Numbered from the stretch's first letter, positions 23,801-34,909 are shown. The stretch is DNA of 64,000 nucleotides from Takakia lepidozioides (GCA_030704615.1 CM060732.1:63798001-63862000), one strand, 5' to 3'. Made by a program: numbers and translations. The notes: a model not told the origin generated them from the letters alone.

Positions 23801-26131
23801 TAAGTAATTGGTTTCTTTTTTGTATTTTTGTGAATGGCGTTGACGCCATTCACATACAGTGATGTTGTGAGGTCCTCAGTGATAGGTTCGTTATGAATGT
23901 GCATTGAGTTTTCCTGGAGGGTTCCTTACTCAATTTTTTGATTTCCATCCTGTGATTTTGCTTCATTTAAGTAATAATTTGGCTTCATTCTTGAATGTCG
24001 TTGACGACATTCACTTCTATGTCTGTGTCATTTCTAAACGATTATTTGCATTCACCTGGATTAGGATGTATTTACAGTGTCATTGAATGGAATGTTCTGA
24101 ATGGCGTTGACGACATTCATATCTGGAGCAGTAGTGTGGTCCTGAAAGGTCCTTGGAGCAGTTGTCAGAGCCATTTCAATCTATGTTTTATTCTTTCTGT
24201 TCTACTTGCATCTTACTCACTGAGCGCTTTTGTGGGTTGGGATTTATCTCCTTTTTTCAGGTACACGAAATATGTGCTTATGGAAGGAAATCACCTGAGC
24301 GGAATTCCGACTATCTTGACATGTGGTCGGACCCTGCAAACGATCCAACCATGTATACTGCAGGGATATTGAAGGACTGGAGTCCTTCTCACTTCAGAGA
24401 CTGTGGGTGGTACCTTGACTGCCCACCTGAGCACACGACCTTTCAAGAACAGCATATGAAATACTTGAACAATAACGCTGAGATGCTGGCGCCTTTGACT
24501 GACGAAGAGTATCAACGAAACATAGCAACCTTGGCTGCCAAGGAGCCTGATGCTCAGGGAACGCCGCAGAAGGGAAAGAAGGCGGGCCGCAAACCAAAAG
24601 ACAAGGCTGTTGATGTCATAGCCATCTCACCAGCAAAGCCAAAGGACAAAGACAAGTCCAAAGAGAAGGAAAAGGACAAGGGGAAGGAGAATGAAAAGGA
24701 GATGGAGAGTGGGCAGGACTTTACTGCTGGAAGATATACCCGCACTCTTCAGTGCGTGTTCGATGCCAAGCCACACCCTTCCCGTTCTGATTCAGCAGGA
24801 GAGATGAAAATTGTTAATGAGGGTTGGCTTTCGATGATGCAGAGTCGAAAGAGAGGATACACTGGGGTGCCATCCCCTACCTGGGACAATATAATCTCAT
24901 TCCTCAATCTGGTGAGAATTCCAGTTTCTTTCCTTTTTCTCTGAAAGTTTCGTTGGCAGTATTTCAGTCTCGTTCTTTGAAAACATTCTTGCCATCGTTC
25001 TTATAAAAAACATGTCTGTTGCAGGTGAGCACAGGTCCCACCTTCGTGTGCGGTGTGCAGAAAACTTATGCGGCCGACATTGTCATTCTCGACATCCCGG
25101 ATGGCCAGGCTGTGCCAGAAGTTCTTCCAAAGGGCAAGACGCCAGGCTGGAACAAATTCGAGGACAACTACTGGAGTTGGGTGTTCGGGTTCTGTAACAA
25201 TTTCCTCTCTGATGCAGGGACACTTCTGCTTTTTCAGTCATGTGACAATGATAGTCGTCGGGCATTGGCATCATACCTCAAGTCTTCAGGGTTTGAAGTT
25301 TTGCGCACATGGAATTGTGTGAACAGCCTCTACCTTGTGAAAGGGGGTTTCCCTGGTCAGCTGGTATGCCGTCTCCTTCTGCTTGTGCTTTGATCATGAG
25401 TTTCAATTTTCTCTGCAGCTCCACTCTAGTAGAATGTTTTATGATCGACACCGATCATCAACGATTCATGATTTTTTTGTGTCAGAGTTCTGAATAGCCG
25501 ATGTACACACTTCCACTATAGATTGTGTTTACCACACTAACCTGCTATCTTTGCCAGACGAGGATGTTCGAGGCGATCTGCCTGCGGAGGATTCGCACAT
25601 CAAAGACACCATCCTCCATCCGCAGCTTTGAGATTTCTGACCAGGGTTGTTTCGTCAACCCCCCCTATGAGCCCCATGTCGATGACATTTTGTACAACTT
25701 CATGCAGTCCAGTCAGACTCTGAAGAGACCAGATGGCACTCCCTGGAGAGGTGCAAAGGAAAAGTCACCAGCATTCATGCAAATACTGCTGGAGTCATGC
25801 AGCCACCGCTCTGCACGGGTGGTCGATCTTTCTGTGTCCACAGGTTCGTTTTTTCCCTTCCGAATTGGTTTCCTTTCAACAGTTTCATCTGCTTAAATCC
25901 CCCCTCCAAACTGTTCATGTTCTCCTGTCTGGTGCAGGAGCAACTTACCACGCATGCAAGGCAGGCGGAAGAAGCCTTTTTGGCATGGAGGGTGATTCTG
26001 ACCTCTACAACACCGTGCTCCTCCCCCTTTTGTCTGGCTCCACTTCAGGCACACAGACTGATCGGATTCAAATTCGAAATGATGACGATCCCGAAGATAA
26101 GCAGGTCGACAACGACTTTTCATGTGAGTAA
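20830..26131 (+). CDS. Spliced gene (~9 exons): ParB/Srx-like domain plus beta-class amino (N4C/N6A) DNA methyltransferase-fold protein; about three 1-nt frame breaks
   Basis: Exons ~20830-21125, ~21569-22196, 22291-22483, 22568-23005, 23090-23316, 24261-24911, 25025-25363, 25558-25843, 25938-26131, with GT-AG junctions. ParB: IPLCRM..VVRP..DITKLESDF..G...FYVWDGNHRLLAW. MTase: ADIVILDIPDG...FLSDAGTLLL...EKSPAFMQILLESCSHRSARVVDLSVSTGATYHACKAGGRSLFGMEGD. Confidence 0.8.
21208..21398. repeat. Three degenerate copies of the 20-bp palindrome in intron 1 of the ParB-MTase gene
   Basis: GAGCGTCGTTAACGCCATTC (21208), GAATGTCGTTGCCGCCAATC (21304), GATTGTCGTTAACGCCGTTC (21379). Confidence 0.7.
23398..24118. 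repeat. Array of seven 20-bp palindromes GAATG(T/G)CGTTGACG(A/C)CATTC in intron 5 of the ParB-MTase gene
   Basis: Copies start at 23398, 23519, 23629 (degenerate), 23724, 23832, 23993 and 24099. Confidence 0.93.
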
Positions 26132-27039
26132 GTGCTAAACCCTCTTTGGGAGTCATACTCAATTTCTCGATAACATCAAAGTTACAGTAATAACTTTTTC
26201 AGGCTGTCTTTCAGGAAAGGCAGCGGTGGATCTTCAGGAGATACAGTCATTTCTGGCGAGTCTGTTTTCGACAGCCCCCTTTCCAATTTTCTGCTTCCTG
26301 TTTATGCCGAAGCAATGGCACTTCACGCGGCCGAGTCCCTATCCCCTGACTTTTTAGTGGCCAGCCGTAGGTGTATCCAGCGTGGATCCGGTGTTCTAAA
26401 ATACTTAGACTTAGATGCAGAGGAAGAGGGGATACATTGTACTGACTCTGAGTCAGACTGAACTGTATTCTTTTAATATTCATTTTCATATTATCTGGAA
26501 AACGTTGAATCCCCTTCTTCCACCGTAGTTGTTCCTTTAGAACAAATAATAATCACAGAATCAACTTTCGTTTAAATTGCTATATGTATGAATCCATCTC
26601 ACAAACCTTCCTGACTCTTCTCATATCCATTGTGCATTCATCTACACTGTATTCATGCGTGCTCCATTCATGAAAGCTTCCTTTGTACAACATCCATTGT
26701 ACATTCATCCTCTGTACTCTTTAATCCACCCCACAAACCTTCCACACTCATTTCATATACTTTGTGCATTCGTCAAAAGATTTGGTCATGCATCTTCCTG
26801 TCATGAATTTTTGTCATTGCTCAACATCCATTATACATTCATCCATTTTACTCTTATCCATCCGTCATTCATCCATCTACATACATTTTTCACACTCATC
26901 CATCTGTTTATCATCCAACTGTACATTCATCCATCCTTTATTCAATGCCTTTTATTATGTCGTCCAGCTTGTTTCCGCGGTAAAGGGTGCCAATCCGCGG
27001 GAATACACTCCACTTCTTTCTGGGCGCGTGGTGACTCGG

Positions 27040-27158
27040 CCTTCACGTGTGATGACGTGGACTGAGCCCCGTGACGTGGCATTTGCGCAAGGTGACGTGG
27101 CGTGAGCGCAGTTGCGCTCACGCGCTCACGTGACCAGGCTCACGCCGAGGCATCCCTG
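27040..27158. repeat. Right TIR/subterminal repeats of the MULE
   Basis: TGACGTGG x3, GTGAGCGCAGTTGCGCTCAC, and an inverted match to 15821-15875. Confidence 0.8.
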
Positions 27159-29339
27159 GGGCTGAGGAGACCTGTAAGTATGGCATCTTGAAGTGGCTGC
27201 TGCATGCAGCCCCGAATTCAACCCAACTGCTTCTGGTTTGGCAAGTTACAGCCTTTATTTTGGCTTATGTTGTTCTGGCGCTGGTGGGACAGTTCGGCCT
27301 ATTAGGCCCGTCTCCTGAGGCCTACATCCAGACCCTACCTTGTCTTCTGATCCTTGACAGCAGGGCTTGTGGATTAATGAGATAGGTTGTGAATTTTTGA
27401 CCTTGGAGGATTTGTGTTTTATGGGTATGGCCTCGGCGGGTTTGTGACTCTATGGACGTTGTGGCCTTGAATGTTATGGCGGCAGCCTGATAAGGCACCG
27501 ACCTACTCCTTTTCAGGCCTGGATTTGATGTATAATGGATCATAGTGAGGTGTTTTTGCAAACTTTAGCATGGACCTCTTGAAAGACGGGTGTGGTAAGC
27601 TGTAATGGAATCCTGCCTGTATTTTTGGCCTTGTCATGACATCAGGCCCATGACCTGCAAACTGAGTTTTTTTATTTGCCAAAGAGGCTGGATCTCGGTT
27701 GTTCAAGATGCTTGTGTGTACATGTCTTGAATTTGCAATATGGCTGATCTCACATTCCCTTGACGCCTTGTATGATTATATGTCTTGGGGTGATTACAAA
27801 TGGCATGGAATCTGTTTTATCATGCCCAAGTGGATTGCTTGGAGGCATGTCCTGATTCTGAAATGTTGCAGGCTGGTCCTTATGCTTTGCTTGATGCATG
27901 ACCCTATGTAATAAAAAACTGAAAAGGTAAGGTGTTGCAATCAGTGATTTTGACCTTGTCATGACACCAGGCTCGTGACCTGCAATTTAATGATTCATTG
28001 GCCAAGATGGCCGGATCTCGAGTGTTCGAGATGCTTGTATCCCCTACATGAACAAACCCCGCCCTCCCACCCTATTTTATCATGATTGATTGGGTGATGT
28101 CAATTCATGGGAAGCTATGACAAAAATGGAAATGTTAGATGGTGCCCTGTTTTGGGCTGTTTATGTCTTTAATTGACAATGACTCTAGTGGGTCTTGTCC
28201 ATGTCTTGACATAAATATCTTCCCTCTCTTTCTATTTCCAGTGTACTTGGTGGTTCTTGTACACACCATCTACCACTTTCCTTCCTGGTTATTTCTTCAT
28301 CATGTTGATATACTAACATGGTTTTTTCTGGCCTGGCAGAAGGTCCCTTCATGACAAAGGTATGGAGCAATGACCTTCATAAGGTATGTCCTCCAACAAA
28401 AACTTGTTGGTGAAATTGGGCACGGAGGTCTTTGAAATAAGCATAGTGCTTTTGAGGGTTGTCTTCATGTTGATATATTGAGCTAGGCCCAAGTAAAACC
28501 ACCTACAGGGGTTTGAGTACACCTTCTACATGATCCGTTCAATGCACACTACTCATGTTAGATGGCTCCTGTAGCTGATGCCTTGTATCGTTCTTAGACA
28601 CTCTTAGGCTCATATGCTTTCATACCTCTCTACAAGTGGCTTTGCTATATGTAGCACCACTAAGTTAATATGTTATGTGCTTATCATACCTTTGGAAAAA
28701 CTGGCCTTAAAACCAGGATGGTGTATAGATGGGCAGCAGGTTGCTACCATCTTACCTTACACTTGTTTGAAGCGGGCCTTGAAAGCTCGCTGCGGGATGT
28801 GGTACTGGTGTGAAGGAGCTGTAAGACCTCCACCATTGATTTTGTATCGCCAGCTGCGGCTCTGCTCGTAAACACCTCGGCCTGCACTTCATGGGCATCG
28901 TTGTCCTCCGTGGTCTTGAATACTCTCCATTTTTGCAGCACGTAGGCCAAAAATGGATGCGACAGTCGGTGCACTAGTATATATTGTCATTTTTATGACT
29001 ACGGGTGATATAAACCTTGGTAACCATGAGTATATATGTGACTAAAGAGTGATGAAACCCATTGTTGGGCGCATTTTAATATATTTTAATCCAAAGAAGT
29101 CATACATATTACTACATGACTAGGAGCTATGGTCAAACATTGTTGACCAAGAACACAGGCTTGGTTTATATAACTAGTAGTCATACGCACTACTACACGT
29201 CAAACACGTGTCATACAAGCTTATAATGACTAAATGACTACACCATTACTACACATTGATGACATGCCATAGATGCTTATGACTACATGACTACATGAGG
29301 TTTCACAGCTATGTTTATATGACTACATCACTACATTAT

Positions 29340-29895
29340 CCAGAAGAGTAGATGAGGACATTGTGTACGAGTTGTCACCGATAGAAAACACCAGTGCAGC
29401 GGGCCAGCACCGGAAATATGACGGAAACCCCTGGACTATAACAAAAACAACAAATCTGAAATTGCCGTTGCTGGAGAAGAAAGACACGACAATCAGGTTT
29501 GTTGGTCTCTCATCCTTCCAGAAGTCTGTGCTGATTTCCCGTGTATGTCTTCATATCTTCCGGTATTATGAGATTTTTCTGCAATTTCAGAATCTGTGAC
29601 ATACTTTCAGAAGTTTGTGCCGATTTCCCATGTATGTCTTCCTATGTTCCGGTATTATGAGATTTTTCTGCTATTTCAGAATCTGTGACATACTTTGAGA
29701 AGTTTGTGTCTTCCCACTTCACTGAATTTCTTGGGACGGCGGTGCGTTGCAGATATGTCAGCTGTGTTTGGAGTTTGAAATGTGTCCGGGCGGCTTGCCC
29801 ATTTTTTGAGAAGGAGAAGTATCACAACGACACTTTCTGGCTTGAAACGTCCGATACCAAATTTCAAGCGCAAAGTACAGTACCTGGGTGTGGCA
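29340..29895 (+). pseudogene. Fragment of a second, diverged MULE transposase N-terminus (GCM-like domain), split by an intron containing ~89-bp tandem repeats
   Basis: DIVYELSP...RKYDGNPWTITKTTNL and YVSCVWSLKCVRAACPF....NDTFW align by eye with DILFELPP...KKHDGHPWCRTKTSNI...TVCNGHLRCDNLNC...NQSEW in the 16471-19975 protein. Confidence 0.7.
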
Positions 29896-30825
29896 TCCCT
29901 TCCTTAAGCTCTTGCGGAGATTAATTGAAGGTGAGATGGTGGAGTCTGTTGCAACACATGTCTTCACACCAGAGATTGTAGGTTAATCGACTCTATATCT
30001 TGGAAACAGAACCGTCAAGCCAAACAGGCCAAGTCTTGGCAGAAGACAGTACAATTGACTCTCAAAGATCTGAATGTGGACCCGCACATCTTCATCCTGT
30101 TGGATAAATGCGACTTAGAGACTGTAGTGTCCACGGAAGTGAGTGCTACCAGAGAAAATGTGTAATGAAAATGAAGTTAGGCAGAAAACATCCCTGAACA
30201 TGTTTTCAATCTGTGACATGGGGGAGGACATCGTGGAAAAACCGAAGGGTCTACCACTGTGTGCAGAGGGACTAATTTTAAGGTCAAGGAAATGTTGCTT
30301 TGTCACGTCATTGCACCTGCGTTGGAGTACGCATTTGCTACATGCGTTGATAACTCCAACGAGGCTAGGTCTGCAGTATCCTTCCAAGTGGGGGTGCTTA
30401 AGGAGTGGATGTCCGCATGCTCCAAAATAGCCAATGTGGCTGTTCATGGTGAGTTTGGCATCCCTTCCTTAACCGGAAGTGTGGGAATAGCTGGTGAGAT
30501 GGTGGAGTCTATTGCAACACATGTCTTTACACCAGATATCGTAAGTTAATCGACTCCATATCTTGGAAATAGGACCGCCCGCCAAACAGGCCAAGTCCTG
30601 CTAGAAGAGACTAGACGAGACTCTCAAGGATCTGAATGTGGACCGTCAAGTCTTGACCTTGCTGGAACCATGTGACTTAGAGACTGTAGTGTCCAAAGCC
30701 ATGTGTGCTGCCACAAAATTGTGTAATGACAAAGAAGTTGGGCATAATACATCCATGAACCTGTTTCTAGATTGTGACAAAGGGGAGGACATCCTGGATG
30801 ACCTGAAGGGTCTACCCACTGTGTG
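29891..30825. repeat. Diverged tandem duplication, period ~565 bp, of an unidentified coding-like remnant
   Basis: GGCATCCCTTCCTTAA...GGTGAGATGGTGGAGTCT.TTGCAACACATGTCTT..ACCAGA occurs at ~29891 and ~30457, and homology continues to GGGTCTACC.ACTGTGTGCA. Confidence 0.8.
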
Positions 30826-31429
30826 CACCAGACTGAAATTGTGGATTTGGTGAGGAAGCCTACCTTTGGACATCAAACAAAAGCTGAGAGGGATGAGAGA
30901 GTGCTATTGCCCGTTCTGTGGGCTCCACAAACACAATATTCATTGTCTGATTCACTGCCCGGGGTGCTATCACCAGACAGACCACCGGATATCCAAGCTA
31001 TCAATTGAATTGTGTCTGCACCTGTGTTTACCAACATTGAGAGTCTTTAGGCCTTTTGGGGCTCCGTTGCTGGGCAAGCACATACAGCCAGCACATGATT
31101 GTGTGAATAGATGTCCACTGGATATGTGGAAAACCCGGATGGGATGTTCTATTTCCTGGTAAGTTTCATGTGGTACTGATGTGAACCCGCCCACATTCTG
31201 CTTCTTCACCAATGAATGGCCTTACATGTTATGAGGACATTTTGTCCATCTCCTTTTCATTTTTTGGTACTTGCGCTGCAGGGGATGTGGGTTTGAGGTC
31301 AGCTGTTTATGGTTGTGGTTGTGGGATGGTTTGTGCTCTGGTGACGTTGTGTTCAGTACGACTACAGCTGATGCACCTTGTGTGTGGGATGTTTTTGGCA
31401 GCAGAAGGGGAGTGAAGCTGCAACAAAGC

Positions 31430-34400
31430 ACTCACAGCCACCATACAATGCCAACCAACACCAACCTTGGCACCCACCCCCTGCCAGATGGGCTCCACAA
31501 CAGAGTGCACCATGGGGAGCCCCCCCTGCTTCGGGGTCGTGGCGCTGGCTTCCTGATGCTGGCACATCACAATGGGGGCCTCCCACATCTCCATATGGCC
31601 CTCCCCCCTCCGGCACACATCAGTCACCCCCCGGAACGTATGACGGTGCTGCTCCAGAGCATGGGGGCAGGAAACGGTCATCAGAGCTGAGGAAGGAACA
31701 ACGCCATGCCATGAAACAATGGGAAGGAGATGGAGAGGGAAGGGTGGCTGTAGGGCTAAAGCGCCACAAGGTGGAGGTGCATGGAAATGGAGTCATCAAT
31801 GTTGACTGCGAAGGTAAGGAACACTGGCAGCGTGATTTGCGTGGCCTGGCATTGCGTTACCTTGACTCAAGCGTACAAGACATTGACCAGCAGTCCCAGA
31901 GTGTCATGTCAATAGTAATAGAGGGCATAAATGGAATGTACGAGTACACACCTATCCCTGCCAATCGTGATTTTATAGTCAAGCAATGTGGGAAGATAAT
32001 GAAAGGAGAAAGAGCAAAACTGAAAGATAAATGGGCGAAGACTGGTGTGAGGCCAATGAACACTAAACCCGCCTATTAGGATAAGCTTGTTGCCTACTGG
32101 GAGTCCCCTCGTGGACTTGCAAAGGCCGAAGGGATGAAGCAAGCGCATGCTTGTGTCACGAACCCCTCGCGTTGGGGCCGGGCAGGAGTTGCAGGCCAAG
32201 CAGCCCGTTTGGTAATCTCCCACACCCCCTTCTCATTGCTCTTACGTTGTGGCATGTTGTGATGGAAGAGACACCCACGAGTGGGTTTTATTCCTTGTGC
32301 AGAATTAGTTGTTATGTGATATGCAGGGTAGTGCTTTGTCCATATGCTCCTGGCATTTTGTACTGACAGTGTGTGGATGGGCAAATAAAGAAAAGACGCA
32401 AAGCGCGGAGCCCGTCACTGTCCGAGCTCGGGGCGGAGCAAAAGAACGCTGCGACTGGCACCCCATCAGAGTCTGTTTTGAGCCAGGTATGTTTTGAAGT
32501 CCGGTTTCCATTCATGAATCTGTTGTTGTACTAAGATTTGGTGGGTATGTGGGGCCCCCACGTATGGTACACGAGGGGTGTTATGCCAAACCCAGCCATC
32601 TCCGAATGCCTGAAATCCTGCACATTCGGCCTCTTCTTCTGGTTTTTAACAGTACGGGTGGGTGTTTGTGTGCGTAGGGAGCGGGGAACTCAATGGCAGC
32701 CCGCATCGGGGCCCTGGAGAGGCTTGCGGCTCTCTCCGCGGAGCGGGAGAGGGGAATGGAAGCACAACTGAAGAAGATAGTGGAACTTATGATGGGGCAA
32801 AAAGGGGGTGTGACGGGTGGCATTATAGAAGACCCCCCTGTTGCGACCTTTGTACCTGACAAAGATGAAGTAATTGTAGTGGGTAGGGATGTGACCGAGG
32901 TCCAACGTGTTGTTGATGATATTCACAGTGGGGGGCAGGGTCCACTCGTTGAAGAGGGAGAGGTCCAGCAAGTAGGTGGGGATGACATGGACGATGGGGG
33001 GGTCATTGCTGATGATGGGGGAAAAGGGGAAGCTGTAGGGGGAGAGGGTGGTAGTTTGCCCGGTCCAGGCTGCAGGGGGAGAGGGTGGTAGTTTGCCCGG
33101 TCCAGGCTGCAGGGGGACTGAAACTTTGCCCTCCGGGGTGACTGTTGTCTCCCAACCCACTGAGGTGAGACCCCGTGAAACCCCTTCAGAAGCTCCTTTC
33201 ATTGAAAAGTCGAAACTAATTGTTCTAGACCTGAACGGGATCCTGTGCCACTCTATTCCTAACTTTCAGCCCAACCCGAGGCGTCATTGGCCATGGGTGT
33301 TGACCACCAACAAGTATGTTTTCCCAAGGCCCAGGTCTGCGAGTTTTTAAACCTTCTCTTCCGGTATTTCTACATTGGGATATGGTCCTGTGCTTCCAAG
33401 GGGAATGTTGCAGACATCTTCAAAGTGGTGATGCAGGGGGTCAAGGGTTCTCCCCTCTTTGTGTGGTCACAAGAGGAGTGTGACCCCTTGACAGAGGCAC
33501 ACCCCACAAAAGGGCCTGCCGTACAGAACTTACAGAAGAGACTGTCGAGGGTGTGGTCGCAATTTTCTGGATTTAACGAATCCAACACCCTCTTAGTGGA
33601 TGATTCACCACACACAGGGGAGGGGGAACTCCCTTTTGAACATGGTCCATCCATTGTCGTTTGATGTCACTGGCAATGTCAGTGAGGGGCCCGATTCAGA
33701 CTACCTTTTAGAAATAGTCTGGCCCTACTGCCAAGATTTGTTTTGCTCCAAGGATGTGCGTGTCTTCACAAGCACGTGGAAGCTGACCCCGACTGGCAGC
33801 TTGAATGTGGGAGAGGATGGGGTCGTTGGGGGAAGTGCTTCTGCGCCCATGCAGGTGAAACTAACCTTACTGTTTGCCACATGACATCGAAGCCAAAAGA
33901 GATGTTTGTTTTGTTCCCCCCGGATGCCCTCTCACGCAAGGCTGGCACTATCTGTTTTGCAGGGACCACAGGGAGTGGCACTGGGGTCGAATGTGAAGAA
34001 GGTGGGACCTGCGCCAAGGACCATAGTGCTACGGCGCCAGCATTCCGGATCTGCCCCCCGGCATGAGGAGGCAGCGCCCAAGGTATGGTTGTTCCCAGCC
34101 CCTCTCCGCAAACTTACTTGGTTGGTTTCCTTTATGGATACACTTCCTGAAGTGTTGCAATGTGTATTCATTGCAGGTAAGCAAGAGGAGTGGGCTGTCC
34201 CCGGCACCATCATCGCAGCAGGACATGGTTCCCCAGGCATGCATTCATGGCTCCTTGCTTTGCCTGGTTTCTAGTAGGGTTATTTTTGCCAGGAAGTTGT
34301 AGTGTGCAGGGTTTGAGTAGGGTGTTTGTTAGCTTGCTCCGTGAAGGTGTGTTTATACCATTGCAGCCACCAGAGTTCATGTTATTCTTATCCGTTTGAC

Positions 34401-34909
34401 TAAACCTCTTTTTGCTGCTGCAGTTGAAGACGTGTACGTGGGCAGCTTTCATCAGTTGCCACCTCAGCGACGAGCCTCGCTTCAAGGTACGTTGGTACAC
34501 CGTGAATTTGCTGCTGATTCAGTATCGTGGCAACCAAGATCGTTTCCATGCCCAGTTGCGCTTGACTTTCACCCTGTCATTGCTATGTTTGTTGCTGAGT
34601 GGACCCTGATGTTGGTGTCTGCAGATATCAGATCCTGTGTTTCTCCTAAACCCCAATGACAAGCGGTCAAAGACAGCCGCCGCAAAGGCGGAAGTGGTGG
34701 GAATAGCCGGGGTTGACAAGTTCCACTGCAAGGACATTCGTTCCGGGTGGTACAAGGTGAAAGTCCACGAGATCATGCTTCCAAGTGTTACATTGCCTTG
34801 CCCAAATGTGGACGATGCCCCCCCCCCCAAGACCACACTAGCGCACGTAAAAGGCACGGTGACTCTGTGGCCAGAGAAGAGTATGAGGAAAGGTGAAAGT
34901 ATCAAGTGA
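31430..34909 (+). pseudogene. CACTA TnpA-like gene (Ptta/En-Spm Transposase_24-like region, FCP1/NIF-type HAD phosphatase domain, Tnp1/Transposase_23-like C-terminus), disrupted
   Basis: [W]DKLVAYWES..AE.MKQA..VTNPSRWGRAG; KLIVLDLNGILCH...RP..EFL..F.IGIWS...PLFVWSQEEC..KRLSRVW...NESNTLLVDDSPH; AKAEVVG...WYKVKV...LPCPN...GTVTLWP. Disruptions are a TGG>TAG stop at 32077 and a 37-bp duplication at 33038-33111. Confidence 0.78.

Larger units (their letters stand above)
15821..27158. mobile_element. Mutator-like element (MULE), ~11.3 kb, with transposase (-) and ParB-methyltransferase gene (+) arranged divergently
   Basis: Imperfect TIRs: CAACGACGCAATGGCGTGAGCGTTGCACGTGAGCGCG versus the reverse complement of the right end, CAGGGATGCCTCGGCGTGAGCCTGGTCACGTGAGCGCG. 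Flanking direct repeat GGGCTGAGG(G/A) at 15811-15820 and 27159-27168. A MULE DDE transposase lies inside. Confidence 0.85.

Noticed and set aside
23398-24118. CRISPR-like array (palindromic repeats with spacers)
   Set aside because: The spacers are long, uneven and homologous to each other in a ~300-bp higher-order repeat. The array lies in a eukaryotic intron and there are no cas genes.
20830-26131. Bacterial contamination as the source of the ParB-MTase
   Set aside because: The gene has multiple GT-AG introns and lies within a eukaryotic MULE with a TSD.
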